Assembly: GCA_951406725.2 (NCBI GenBank)
Contig: OX597814.1
Location: 155,062,001 to 155,126,000 of the forward strand
Length of the DNA: 64,000 nt
Direction: 5' to 3'
DNA from: Octopus vulgaris
Taxonomy: Eukaryota
Shown piece after piece: positions 23,860 through 37,215 of this stretch. Every line of letters begins with the position of its first letter. The stretch's first letter is position 1. Both the position numbers and the translations under genes were made by a program. The notes beneath the pieces are model-generated. The model searched no databases. It was not told the DNA's origin and saw only the letters and a list, made by a program, of their open reading frames with translations.

Positions 23860-24240
23860 TTTTCTTCTCTAGACGCAATGACAAAATTTTTGGAGAGGGA
23901 GCCAGTCGGTTAGATTGACCTCAGTACGCAAGAGGTACTTATTTTATCGACCCCAAAAGGATGAAAGGCAAAGTGGACCTCGGCGGAATTTGAACTCAGA
24001 ATGTAAAGACAGAGGAAATATCTATTTCTTTACTACCCACAAGGGGCCAAACGAGGACAGACAAACGGATTAAGTCGATTACATCGACCCCAGTGCGTAA
24101 CTAGTACTTAATTTATCGACCCCGAAAGGATGAAAGGCAAAGTCGACCTCGGCGGAATTTGAACTCAGAACGTAACGGCAGACGAAATACCGCTAAGCAT
24201 TTCGCCCAGCGTGCTAACGATTCTGCCGGATCGCCGCCTT
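23860..24240 (-). mobile_element. SINE family B, dimeric (two central modules)
   Basis: tcgaccccgaaaggatgaaaggcaaagtcgacctcggcggaatttgaactcagaa occurs twice. Head at 24240. Confidence 0.88.
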
Positions 24241-24257
24241 AAATGGGTTGTAAGATA

Positions 24258-24428
24258 TTCTTTACTCCTCTAAGTACAAGGCCCGAAATTTGGAGGGAGA
24301 GGGCCAGTCGATTAGATCGACCCCAGTACGCAACTGGTACTTAATTTATCGATCCCGAATGGACGAAAGGCAAAGTCAACCTCGGCGGAATTTGAACTCA
24401 GAACGTAAAGACAAACGAAATACCACTA
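24258..24428 (-). mobile_element. SINE family B, 5'-truncated
   Basis: Same central module and tail. Confidence 0.85.
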
Positions 24429-24826
24429 GATCTAACAGCCAAATTTTTATTTCATACACTATCCATATGGAGTTAATGTAGTTCAAGATGTAGATCAGTG
24501 CGCTGACGGTATCCTTAATACGTTGGATAAAACCTTAGCAGAGCTTCGTTCGAAAATTTACGATCTCAGTTCAAATCCTGTTTAGGTGAACTTTGTCGAG
24601 GTCAATATCTCTTCGGGGTCGCTAAAATATAGTACCAGTCAAGTACTGGAGACGATGTAACAGACTTGTCTCTTCCACTCGAAATAGCTGGCATTGCACC
24701 CTGCGACGGACCGGCGTGTTTTCAGGGAGGGGGTTGTGTTCTCGGTTACATTCGCCATCGAAACCATGTATCCGGCTCTACGAGTCCAAGGGCACGAGAG
24801 AAGTTTTATAAAAATATGTAATATTC

Positions 24827-25245
24827 AGACGCAGGAGTGGTTCTGTATTAAGAAGCTTGTTTCCCAACCACATGGTTCCGGTTCAGTCACGCTGCGTGAC
24901 TTCAGGAAGTGTCTTTTATTATAGCTTCGGGCTGATCAAATCCTTATGAGTGGATTTAGTAGACGAAAGCTGAAAGAAGACCGTAGTAAAAAAAAATATG
25001 TATGCATGCATGCGCGCGCGCGCGTGTGTGTAAGTGTGTGTGTGTTTCTGTCTGTGTTTGTTCTCAAAACAGCTTGACAATCGGTATCGGTGTACGTCCT
25101 CGTTACCTAGCGGTTCAGCATAAAGGACCGATACAATAAGTTTCAGGTTTGAAAAATAAAAGTATTCATTCGGCTAAAAATTCTTGAAGGCAGTGCTCCA
25201 GCATGGCCCCAATCTAATGACCGAAACAAGTAAAAGATAAAAGAT
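24827..25245 (+). mobile_element. SINE family A, full length, diverged
   Basis: gcaggagtggttctg head through to gaaacaagtaaaagataaaaga tail. Confidence 0.87.
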
Positions 25246-26084
25246 GTATAAGGAAAATGGTGGAATGGTCAAAGCTGGAACGTCTTTCATCATGTGCCTC
25301 ATCGAACAAAGCTGAACTTATTTCTTCTTTAGGAATTTCTAATTTTATAATTCATTTAAATAACCTTATTTATTTATCAACAGTGAAATTATTAATATGA
25401 TTTATCAAGTTTCTCCACAGAATAATTCTAGCGAAGCACGCCGACCGGTCATTAACTGATCTTAAGATAGATTTTTTTAATGTTCATTTCGATAAGTCAT
25501 TTTAGCTGTGTGAATGACGTTTTAATGAAATACAGAATTCTATTTCTACAGACATCATGCACGCAAGTATACATGTATATAATATACACAAACAACACAC
25601 ACTCACACACACACATTTATATATACATATACACACACATTCACATGCATGTATAGGTAGATAAATAAGGGTATCTCATAATGGTGAGATATATTTTAAT
25701 GATACTTTAGTTATGCATTGTACACTTCCCTTAACAAATATATAATGCACACATACGCGCACATATATGTACCCATAGTTTTTTAAAAATAAAATTAATA
25801 AAGCATTAAAATCCCTTTTTTGGTAAAGGAAGGGAATAGAGCGATTCGACTAGGCGTCAATATTTCAGAAATATTTATTTCTTTGGCGCCGGTTGCATGA
25901 AGCGCAATGTTCGTCCTGCAAGATTTAAACTTAGAAATGTGAAACTGTAGAATGCGGGAAACACATACTGTGGCATACTGGTGTCTCGACCATATATCCA
26001 TCATGTCAGACATTGAAGTGAAGATAACTTTAGGTAAACATGTAGTTGAAGCATCTACATAATATTTGTTGTTGTTTGTTTTTT

Positions 26085-26333
26085 CTAGAGTCATGCCCGG
26101 CCGGTTTCCCGATTCATTGGCGTATAGGTTCCCCACCTGGACGGGACGCCGGTCCGTAGCAGGTGAGCTGCTAGATGCAGGAGGAAAGAGTGAAAGAAAG
26201 TTGTGGTGAAACAGTCAGCAGAAGTTCGCCTTGGGTATTTCGCTCATAAACACACACATCGCACGGTCTGAGATTCGAACCCACGATCCCTCGACCGCGA
26301 TTCCACTGCTCTAACCACTAGATCATGTGCCTC
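26085..26333 (-). mobile_element. SINE family E-related copy
   Basis: Minus-strand head with GGTTCGAATCT B box. Body shares gaaagttgtgg and tacgcca..aaccgg with the 34.4-kb copy. Confidence 0.75.
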
Positions 26334-26986
26334 TACCTACATAATATTTATAGTGTAATTATGTTTATATAATTTTTCATTGAAATCTTCCAATCTCGTG
26401 CTAACGGAATAATAAATTACTAATATTACTCGGCGGAGTGATTACGATCTTCGTTTCATTGATGCGTGGTTTCAGATTTGATCTATCATAACTTCGAGTC
26501 GAAAGAGACATGTGAGTGAACATGGAAACGGAAGCTGTTCAATGGTTGTATGATGAGTAATGCATGTTACCGGGTGGGAGACGTAAACCATTACCACGTT
26601 AAAATAACACAGTCTGGCTTTTGTGTGCCTTAATCTGAGAAAAGTTTGCTACGGAGGAAGAATGTATACTCAAACCTGATGCCTCACAACCGCAAATCAA
26701 TCCCAGAGACTGAAAATGCCGTAGCCGCAATTACAACTCTTCTTACTAAAGCCCTTGCTTCTAATTGCAATTAGCTGGAGGGATTAGAATGCTTGTTCAG
26801 AGCAAAGTGAGCGAGAGTTAAGTACCTTGACTATGGTTGCTGTGAAACATTGTTGATGAGATAGGAACTATCATTCTCCCACTATTTTTAAAAGAGTAAA
26901 TAATGTCATAAGAATAAATAATAGATTATCCACCACAGTTGTGTAAGAATTTTTAATGTTTGTAAATAATATCTCCCAACCCATTT

Positions 26987-27184
26987 AAGGCGGTGAGCAG
27001 GCAGAAACGTCAGCACGCCGGGCGAAAAACTTTGCAGTATTTCGTCTATCTTTACGTTATGAGTTCAAATTCCGCCGAGGTCGACTTTGCCTTTCATCCT
27101 TTCGGGGTCGATAAATTAAGTACCAATTGCGATAAATTAAGTACCAATCGTCGAATCGATTGACCCCGCTCTCCCAAAATTTCG
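26987..27184 (+). mobile_element. SINE family B
   Basis: Head, B box and central domain present. Flanks aatatctcccaacccattt / aatatcttacaacccatct. Confidence 0.88.
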
Positions 27185-27359
27185 TAAGAATATCTTACAA
27201 CCCATCTAATCATTGGACCACCACTCATAATTCAGCATCATTTACAGTGACAAAACCACCTCGGAATTTGTACACTTCTTGAGTATATTATATAGTTATC
27301 TTGTGATAAGTATTCCAGGATTTTCTCCGTGGTTGCCCAACCTAGTAGAAATATCGGTT

Positions 27360-27563
27360 TCAAATTTTGGTACAAGCCAGCTATTTCGGGACAGGGCGTA
27401 TGTCGATTACATCGACCCTAGTGTCCAACTGGTACTTATTTTATCGACCCCGAAAGAATAAAAAGCAAAATCTACTTCAGCAGAATTTGAACTCAGAGCG
27501 TAAAGATGGATGAAATGCCGCAAAACATTTTGTCCGGCGTGCTGACGATTCTACTGGCTCACC
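27360..27563 (-). mobile_element. SINE family B, diverged
   Basis: actggtacttattttatcgaccccgaaag..gaatttgaactcag. Confidence 0.8.
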
Positions 27564-28506
27564 TCTTTGACCTACATGAAATATTAGCCAAATCTCTCTC
27601 AAATCACTCTCTACCATTTTAAAAGCGCGCACATAGGAAATTATAGTGTTGTTTACACAATACCTGAACTCCAAAGGATAGGGTGCCATGGCTGGAGTGC
27701 TCTTGATCATAGGTTTACTCGATCAAGTTTGAACTACATTTAAACAGCAATGATATAATAAAGTTATAATACAGTTGTGGTTTTGCGTTAGGTCAGCCTT
27801 AAGTAAGCTTATGATTAAAAAATTTCAGCTGTAACTATTCTATCTTCAATTCTATCAAAATATATCTTGGGATACACTATTCAACGTACCATTTTAAGTT
27901 TATCACATGATCGAATCAAGATAGACATAGCTGTTATCGTTCCTGTGGCCAAAGCTATGTCAGGCTTATCCAGTCTGTCTTTTTTCTAAATTTAAGGTAA
28001 ATGGATATTCGTTAGTTTCGACGATGAGTACTCAATCTTTGTCCAACTGAATTATTTGCGCATTAAGTTAGTGTGGAAATGACCGAACATTCTATAAACT
28101 CTTATACCCTTAACGTAATTTCCTGGGAGATCAGCTTAACAAGAGTGAAAAATTTTAATTACATGTACAATCCATCCGGCAGCCTTCCACAATTTTCGTA
28201 TTCCCAATTTCCTTTACAAAGTTTGGGTCGATCCAATGCTATGCAGTAGGATGGAACATGAGAGATCGTGGCTTTGAGGCAAAATTCTTAAAGATGTGAC
28301 CAAAAAACTTCCTGTTTTCTTCTTAAGTCTAATGAAGCCAATCAATTCGGGGCTAGATGTTAATGAAGCGTTCACTAATAATATAGTATTCTTTTTTTAC
28401 TGCAGTGATAAATTATAGTTATGTATGATAGTTATTTTCAATTAAGAACAATGAGTTAGATACAACTGACTTAGACATAAGTACAGACAATAGTGTGCAA
28501 AATATT

Positions 28507-28718
28507 GGCTTCAAATTTTGACACAAGGCCAGCAATTTCGGGGTTGGGATAAGCCGATTACATCATTCCCAGTTTTCAACTAATATTTATTTTATCAACC
28601 TCGAAATAACAAAAGGCAAAGTCAACCCCGGCAGCATTTGAACCCAGATCGTAAAGACGGACGACACGCTGCTTTGCATTTTCACCAGTGTCCTATCGAT
28701 TCTGCCTGCTCGTCGCCA
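28507..28718 (-). mobile_element. SINE family B, diverged
   Basis: aaaggcaaagtcaaccccggc..gattctgcctgctcgtcgcc. Confidence 0.75.
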
Positions 28719-28892
28719 TGGGTTAAAAAATATTGACAAATCTTAAGGCAGTGCTTCAGCATGGCCGCAGTCAAAATCCCTGAAATAAGTAAAAGAATAA
28801 AAGGCTCGTTGCACAATCTAACAACTTTTAACAGCATGCGCACTCTGTCATCATACTTCTGCTGCATCAAAGTTATTTAAAATGTATCCATA

Positions 28893-29199
28893 TACTCTTT
28901 ACTCTTTTATTTGTTTCAGTCATTTGACTGCGGCCATGCTCGAGCACCGCCTTTAGTCGAGCATATCGACCCCAGGACTTATTCTTTGTAAGCCTAGTAC
29001 TTATTCTGTCGGTCTCTTTTGCCGAACCGCTAAGTTACGGGAACGTAAACACACCGGCATAAGTTGTCAAGCGATGTTGGGGGGACAAACACAGACACAC
29101 AAACATATACACATACATATATATATATATATATTGTTATATTTCGGAATGGTCATATTGCCAGTTTAGCCAATAATCTTACACAACAAATATTTAAAC

Positions 29200-29246
<47 letters not shown>

Positions 29247-29397
29247 GACGGGATTCTTTCAGTTTCCGTCTACCAAATCCACTCACAAGGCTTTGGTCGG
29301 CCCGAATCTATGGTAGAAGACATTTGCCCAATGGAACTGAACCCGGAACCATGTGGTTGGTAAGTAAGCTACTTACCGCACAGCCACTCCTACGCCT
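28893..29397 (-). mobile_element. SINE family A with a ~70-bp insertion in its internal microsatellite
   Basis: Complete tail and head. Extra sequence at 29133-29203. Confidence 0.9.
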
Positions 29398-30295
29398 ATC
29401 CGTAAATAAAAAAAAAAAAGAAAATATATATATATATATATATCATCTATAATCTGTATACCAAGGATATGCAAATCTTCCTAAACTTCACTATGATACT
29501 AAACTTAAGGCAAAGAATTGCATTTTTTTTTCTTGTAGGCTGCTTATTTCTATACCGCAGAACTTTTAAAAATAGAATTGACATAAACGTATAATATATC
29601 AACGGTGGTATCCCAACATGACCACAGCTTTAAAGCTGAAATACTTTAAAGAGTTTTTTAAAGAGTTTTTTAAAAATACATACAAACAAACATACAGATA
29701 TACATAAACACACATATATAAATATAAATACCTAGCTATCTGTATGTATACATATATATATATATATACATCCATACATACATATCTATATATATATATA
29801 TAAAATATATATATATTATAAACATATATATATGCATACATATACATATATATCATATAATATATGTACATAGTCATATATATAATAATATTGTATATAT
29901 ATATATATAATCATATTTTATATAATATATATACGCATACACACACATATATGTATAATATATCATATATATATACATATATAGATGTGTTAACCAATAC
30001 TTATAAAAGGAATTTGGTTGTAGGAAACAGTGAACAGCGGAAGCCCGCTGTATACAGGCGTACTCACTCACACGTGTGCATGTATCTGCGTCGATGTGTG
30101 TGTTTACACATTTGCGTCCATATTTGTGTAAACAGCTGCATAACACTGTGTCAAATTACGTAACATTGTAGCAAAAGAGTTAACTTAGCCGTTCGGTAAA
30201 TGGAAATCAATTAAATAAATACAAGTATGAAATATTGCCGTTTCTCATTTGCTTATCTTCCTTTGATGATGTAAGTAGCTCTGGAATTTCACATA

Positions 30296-30445
30296 GACAC
30301 TGGCGTAGCTGTGTGGTAAGAAGCTTACTTCCCAACCACATGGTTTCGGGTTCATTCTGATTGCTTGCACCATGGGAAAGTTTCTTCTGCCTCTGGTCGA
30401 CCAAAGCCTTGTGAGTGGACTTAATAGAAAGAAGCACGCCACGCC
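30296..30445 (+). mobile_element. SINE family A, 5' half
   Basis: gtagctgtgtggtaagaagcttacttcccaaccacatggtttcgggttc. Confidence 0.8.
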
Positions 30446-30506
30446 GTATGTATGTATGTATGTATGTATGTATGTATGTATGTATGTATGTATGTATGTA
30501 TGTATG

Positions 30507-30538
<32 letters not shown>

Positions 30539-30623
30539 TATATGTATATATATATGTATATATATGTATATATATATGTATATATATATATATATGTATA
30601 TATATATGTATATATATATATAT

Positions 30624-30665
<42 letters not shown>

Positions 30666-30668
30666 TGT

Positions 30669-31000
30669 GAAGGCGCATGGCTCAGTGGTTAGAGCGTCGA
30701 GCTTACGATCGTGATGTTGTGAGCTCGAATCCCGGACCGGGCTGCGTGTTGTGTTCTTGAGCAAGGCACTTTATTTCACGTTGCTCCAGTTCACTCAGCT
30801 ATAGAAATGAGTTGCGACGTCACTGGTGCCAAGCTGTATCGACCTTTGTCTTTCCCTTGGATAACACTGGTGGCGTGGAGAGGGAGGCTGGTATGCATGG
30901 GCGACTGCTGGTCTTCCATAAACAACCTTGCCCGGACTTGTGTCTAGGAGGGTAACTTTCTAGGTGCAATCCCATGGTCATTCATGACCGAAGGGGGTCT
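30669..31000 (+). mobile_element. SINE family C, full length
   Basis: A box TGGCTCAGTGG, B box GCTCGAATCC. Homologous to the 40530 and 61662 copies. Confidence 0.9.
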
Positions 31001-31468
31001 TATATATATATATATATAAGCTTCAAAATTCGAGTTGATCTAGGGCTTTTTGTAGTGAAATATCTTCCTAATATGCTGTGAAGAGGCTATATAACGGATG
31101 CATGTATCTCTAAGCTGTCTGTAAGTTTTTATACGTGTGTAATTTTTACTTATTAAATGCTTGTAATTGCATACATACCACCGCCTCATCCTCCTTCTCT
31201 TTCTCCTCCTCATCATCTCCATCGATGCCGATGCCTGGTCATTGTCGATGCCGATGCAACACCGTCTGCACGAGCCACCGAGAAACCCTCTACGTTATTG
31301 ATTAACCTGCAAGGAAATGCAAGCAAATGTCATTCACAAGACACCAATATTTTGAAAGACAAATATGTAGTCCTGGATTTACTGTACATTGGTAAAAGGT
31401 ATGATGGTCACGGCTGGAATGCCCTTGATTGTAGGTTTTCCTCGATCAGTGTTAACGTTAGCCTAACG

Positions 31469-31560
31469 AACAACAAGACCAACAGCAACAACAACAGCAA
31501 CAACCAAAGCAACAGCAACAACAACAACAACAGCAGCAGCAGCAACAACAACAACAACAA

Positions 31561-31598
<38 letters not shown>

Positions 31599-31614
31599 GC
31601 AGCAGCAGCAACAA

Positions 31615-31645
<31 letters not shown>

Positions 31646-31942
31646 AACAACAACAGCAGCAGCAACAACAGCAGCAGGAGCAGCAGCAGCAACAACAACA
31701 GCAACAACAACAGCAACAACAACAGCAACAACAACAACAACAACAGCAGCAGCAGCAGAAACAGCAGCAGCAGAAACAGCAGCAGCAACAGCAGCAACAA
31801 CAACAACAACAACAACAGCAGCAGCAGCAACAACAGCAGCAGCAGCAACAACAACAACATCAACAACAACAACAATAACAACAACAACAACAACAACAGC
31901 AGCAACAGCAGCAGCAGCAACAACAACAACAACAACAACAAC
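31469..31942 (+). repeat. ~475-bp mixed (CAA/CAG)n trinucleotide array
   Basis: Seen directly. The glutamine frame contains a TAA near 31876. Confidence 0.97.
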
Positions 31943-32674
31943 GTGTGCTACGGTAGAGAAAAGCTACCTTGCTAATAACAGCCACAAGGGAAGTAACTAC
32001 ATCAGCAGCAACATCCAATGCAGATATAGCTCACGAAAACTATCTTCAAAAAGCCGAATGGAAAACTCCTACCCTTTCAACCCAGTTTACAAGATTATAT
32101 ACTTGTCTTGCTTCCACAGGTGAAATATGCCGCAAGGGGGCGGTGTTTGTTTGAAATGATTCCGGCGCCAAAATGCTGACTTCACAGCTTTGGCTTGTCA
32201 TCACAATAACAGAAAAAGTAGGCTGAAATGATAAGATTTTGACGCCCTTAGAGCGGCATATATTTTAGACGTAACCAGACAGGCAGACTTGCTTTTGGAT
32301 GTGAAGAAGGAAAAAAAGAAAAAAGGAAGAAAGAAGAAAGAAAGCTAGAAGAGAAACGAGAAGAGTGTAGGACTCGGTCGTAGTGATAATATAGTGTAAT
32401 ATTGGCATTATGTTTGTCTATGTAGTAGTTCATGTTGATGTTGATGTTTCCAGACAGGCATTACTGACCAAAGAATTTTAAGATAATAAGTGCAAGAGTT
32501 TAAAGGAGTATTTTTATTTATAGATCTCCCCAGGAAGCGAGTCATATCCTACTTGAGTGATGTATGTCCTATAAGTATCTATGTACGTAATTTGGGTATA
32601 TGTGCATGTATGCATACATCTATGTATACATAAGTATGTAAGTATATATATACATACATACATACATACATACA

Positions 32675-32710
<36 letters not shown>

Positions 32711-32865
32711 TGTGTGTGTATGTGTGTATGTAGATGTATAACTACATATATATATATATATATGTATATGTATATACATATAATAGAAAGGCATATATAC
32801 ATTTATACAAACTACATATACGTGTATATGTATGCACGTATATACGAATGTATAAATATATTTGT

Positions 32866-32906
<41 letters not shown>

Positions 32907-33813
32907 TGCGTAGCTACGTACGTACAGACGTGCTTACTCATGTATATGCCTGTACATGGTCACAGTATGTGAACTTCTTAATTGAAGTTCACTTCGCAAT
33001 CGCAAAGTACCGGGTTCCATCCCTCTGCGTGGTATCTCGGATATATATGTCTTATAACGCAGTCTCTGGTCGACCTACGCATGTCTTCTGAGAGAAAATG
33101 TGGTAAACTGAAACTGCACAAGCTCGCACATTGGACTGTAGCTATAAATGAATGGTGAGACTTTTGTTTTGGGAAGTTGATGTCGCCTGAAAATTGCGTT
33201 AAGAAGAATACACATCCAGTTACATATTCTTTCAAGAAACAAGTAGTTCACTTGATCGAGCAACTCAACACTCATCTTCGGACATACATACATACATACA
33301 TACATACATACATGCAGTAAAAAAACAACAAAGTGTACAGTTTATATCGGATATTACTATAAATCCGTGGTCGATCTGTTACAGATCCATAATATCCGTA
33401 ATATATGTAATATCCGTAGAGTTATAGTTGCATATATCTTATAATAATACATCAATACTCTTGTATTCAAAACCCGGTGAAACAATTGTAAATTATGTAA
33501 TAAGACGTTTAGTTCACCCCACTCTCCTTGTAAATATATATAAGATACTATTATATTATTTTATTTTTGCTTGCTTCGCTTCACTATTAACTAACCTAAA
33601 TGAATTGATAAGCTTATCTGGCCTTGACATTGTTTTCCTCTTCTTTAAATTATACCCACTGACTCAGAAGTTGGCTACGGATGGCCGGCCCTCTCCCTAT
33701 TGGACAGTGGCTACCACAACTCCAGCCCCCGTTGTGAACGTGTATCCTAGTAGCTTATCAATTGGAGTACTCAGGCTGCATACGTATTAGTTTAGGTTTC
33801 CAGTAACCAAAAT

Positions 33814-33873
<60 letters not shown>

Positions 33874-34297
33874 ATAATCAAATAGGGTAATAAAATAAAT
33901 TATTATTACCAGTGGCCTAGCACAAAAGACGAGTTAGTCATTAGACTATATATTTTTCGTATAGAAATATAATAAAAGGCTTCCAAATAAGGAAGCGTAG
34001 TGCTAGAAACACAAAAAGGGATGAATTCATGAAGGGAATGAAAATTAAAAACATTTACCATCTCAGCTATATCCCAGACCGAACGGTTTCTACCTATTTT
34101 TAGGAAACACACAGAATATATTTGCTAGGCCAGGTTCTTCAGTGGGAAGCCTTCGTAATCCTAGACGCTCAGACTGTTAGAAGCACATGTAGATCTAACG
34201 GTTTGTATATCCTAACTTTTCAAACCTCTGCGCAGACGCAAATCATACCCGTATCCCTTTTTGTGTTTCTAGCACTACGCTTCCTTATTTGGAAGCC

Positions 34298-34391
<94 letters not shown>

Positions 34392-34392
34392 C

Positions 34393-34665
34393 GATAAACG
34401 TCGCCCTTTTCAAGCCTAGCCAGGCTCATGGGCCCGGTCTCCCGGTTTCTGTGGCGTATGTGTTCCCCCCAGTTGGACGAAATAGGAAGAGAGAGTGAGA
34501 GAAAGTTGTGGGGAAAGAGTACAATAGGGGCTGCCACCACCCCCTGCCGGAGGATCGTGGAGCTTTTAGGTGTTTTCGCTCAATAAACATACACAACGCC
34601 AGGTCTGGGAATCGAAACCGCGATCCTCCGACCGCGAGTCCGCTGCCCTAACCACTAGGCCATTG

Positions 34666-34671
<6 letters not shown>
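34393..34671 (-). mobile_element. SINE family E, full length
   Basis: Reverse complement of the 8812 head/body. Flanked by (TA)n and (CA)n. Confidence 0.88.
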
Positions 34672-34713
<42 letters not shown>

Positions 34714-35904
34714 GACGATATTAAGGTAGAACTCGAATAGACAATGCTATAAATATTAGCGTGTATTACCCCTAAATGAAAAAAGTCGTAGGCTGCCGGG
34801 GGATGATATTTTTTCCCACTCGAGTTCCGGACCTTGCTGTCAAGCTAACAAACACATTCTACCAAGTAAACTCAAGACGAAGAACTGTGTTGTAAGTCGA
34901 CCAATCGCCAAGTTATGACTGATTTTAGAAGGAGACAAATAATTAGAGAGATTTGCATCTATACATATTATCGGATTTTGTTAGAGCCCCATATGGTAAA
35001 GATATGGATGGGGAAAATGTGGGTAGAGGGTGATATGCTGGCAACCCTCTCCCCTAACCGTTTTACAAAGTAAACAACAACACAAATAACTACGCAGAGG
35101 TAGCCATGGTTGAAACAAGAACAAGATCCAGAAGTATTCTTAAAAGAGAAAAGAAGCATGGTCATTCCTTACCCAAGTGACCTTATCTTATCGCCCATCA
35201 CTTATTATGCGCTCATAAATTAGTTTGATAGTTGAGCTCTGGTTGGTTGTATGCAAGTGAATTCATTATTGGGGTCCGGAACTCACGTGCGAAAAAAATT
35301 TCGCGCCCAGCAGACACGAATCCACATCTTCTATAAACACGACAAGCACCCTACCTTTGTCCAAAAGGAGTCCTGCGGATTTCTCCCTCTATTTTAAAAG
35401 CTTTGTTCCTACAAAAAGAAATGTATGTTGTATCATAAGAATTTGGAGATTTCGAATATACACGCACACACATATACAAACACGCAAACACACACGTACA
35501 CACACACACACGTGCACGCACTCACACACACACGCACACACGCGCGCGCATACACACAGCTGTGTCGTGAAACCGAAAACCTTATCTTTGAATGAGTTTT
35601 TACTGTTGATAGTTAGCTTCAGGTCTGTTCTGATTGAGCAGTCTATGATCAAAGATGTTCCTGAAAGGTCCATCCTATCTTCATTGTGCAACACAACTTT
35701 TCTTAAGATTTAATACGCGAGACACTCAGCTGCTGTTTGTCTGTTTCTGCTATTAGATTGTATGTTCCTTGATGGCTCATATCGTCATTTTGGGCCAGAT
35801 CTTTCTTAAGCTTGTTTTAATTATAATACTTAAGGCCATGCTGGAGTGCAGTTTACAGAATGGGCAAGTAAATTTCATTGCAATAATAACGCTAATTTTA
35901 TGTT

Positions 35905-36130
35905 TTGTATATCGTGTTGATTGTTTCATTTATTAGACTGCGGCCATACTGGGGCACTACCTTGAAGGGTTGAGTCGAACAGATCGACCCCCAATCGTAG
36001 TGCTTTTTTTAAAGTCTAGTACATATTCTCTTTGTCGCTTTGCCGAAACCGCTAAATTACGGAGACATAAAACTAACCTGTATCAGTTTCAAACCGTGCT
36101 GTGGACTTATAAAAACACAAAGACAATAAC
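35905..36130 (-). mobile_element. SINE family A, 3' half, diverged
   Basis: gactgcggccatactggggcac..gtcgaacagatcgacccc. Confidence 0.75.
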
Positions 36131-36207
36131 ATAAATACATACATACATGTGCATACACATACATACATACATACATACATACATACATACATACATACAT
36201 ACATACA

Positions 36208-37215
36208 TCTCCCCCATTCTACACAAAGAATGTTACAAGTACCTAGGCATAGACGAAAATGTACCATATGAAGGCACTGTGAATAAAGATAGTGTGACCC
36301 GAAAATATTATACCAGACTTAGGAAAATATAGCAGTCGGAACTCTCCTCTTACAACAAAACAATATCCAACAATGCATTTGCAGTACAAGTGCTGATCCC
36401 AACATATGGGATATTTGAATGGTCTGTAGAGGAAATCCGCTCCATAGATATCAAAACCCGCAAAATCCTGACAACAACTGGGAACTTCCACAGAAACAGT
36501 GACGTTGACAGGTCTGAGATCAGTGCAGCACCAGCTAAACAACAGCAGCAAAAATAAATATATTAATACAGTGCTGCAAAATAAAGTGAGCAATATTGTA
36601 CGAGTTGGCGGTAAGCTCCCCGAGAAACACTTTCTTCCTGATGATCTATATAGCCCCAAAACAGCTGGGCTCTTTTACTTCAGAGAAGACCTGGATGGAA
36701 AACACTCAACATACATACAAAAGACCATGAATGGGTATGTTGCCCGGAAGCTTGAACAAGAGAGACAGTGACGCTCTTGTAATCCCAAGGTGCAACTGCA
36801 TGTGTAGGCTATGTCATGTTTCTGTGGAAGACATCACGCATGTTATTAGCAGCTGTCCTAAAATGTCGTCACGGTACTACCTCCCTATGCAGTACGATGT
36901 TGTTGCTAATACAATTTACAATGCCATCCGCAAAAAGACTGTCCTGAAATAAACTTAGAAAAACGCTCTGTTATGGAATACATTCATAAACACCAATTCA
37001 GGGAATACTTGTGGAATATTCCCATCAAAACCTCTGTCAAATGTAAGCATAACAGGCAGCATATTGTCGTTTGGAACAGAGGAGCAAAGGCATGCACCAT
37101 CATAGAGGTTAGCTGCCCTGAAGACATAAATATCTCTTTGAAAATCAAAGAAAAAGAAGATATCTATGGACAACTGTTTCGAAACCTCCATCTTCTTTAT
37201 TCAGACTATGAATGT
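36208..37215 (+). mobile_element. Degenerate RLE-type (R4-clade-like) LINE: RT thumb to CCHC/RLE region
   Basis: YKYLGIDE, NKTISNNAFAV, IDIKTRKIL, CRLCHVSVEDITHVISSC, IIEVSCP, split by stops and deletions. Confidence 0.85.

Noticed and set aside
23860-24430. Repeated ~50-bp units resembling a CRISPR array (also 44150-44720)
   Set aside because: The intervening sequences are homologous to one another, the context is eukaryotic and there are no cas genes. These are SINE multimers.
30669-30745. tRNA-like sequences at SINE heads (also 8812, 40530, 45540, 50977)
   Set aside because: No closed acceptor stem, and they continue into SINE bodies, so they are not tRNA genes.
31170-31240. Minus-strand acidic peptide GDDEEEKEKEDEAV followed by a GTATGT donor
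   Set aside because: In-frame stop just upstream and no polypyrimidine acceptor.
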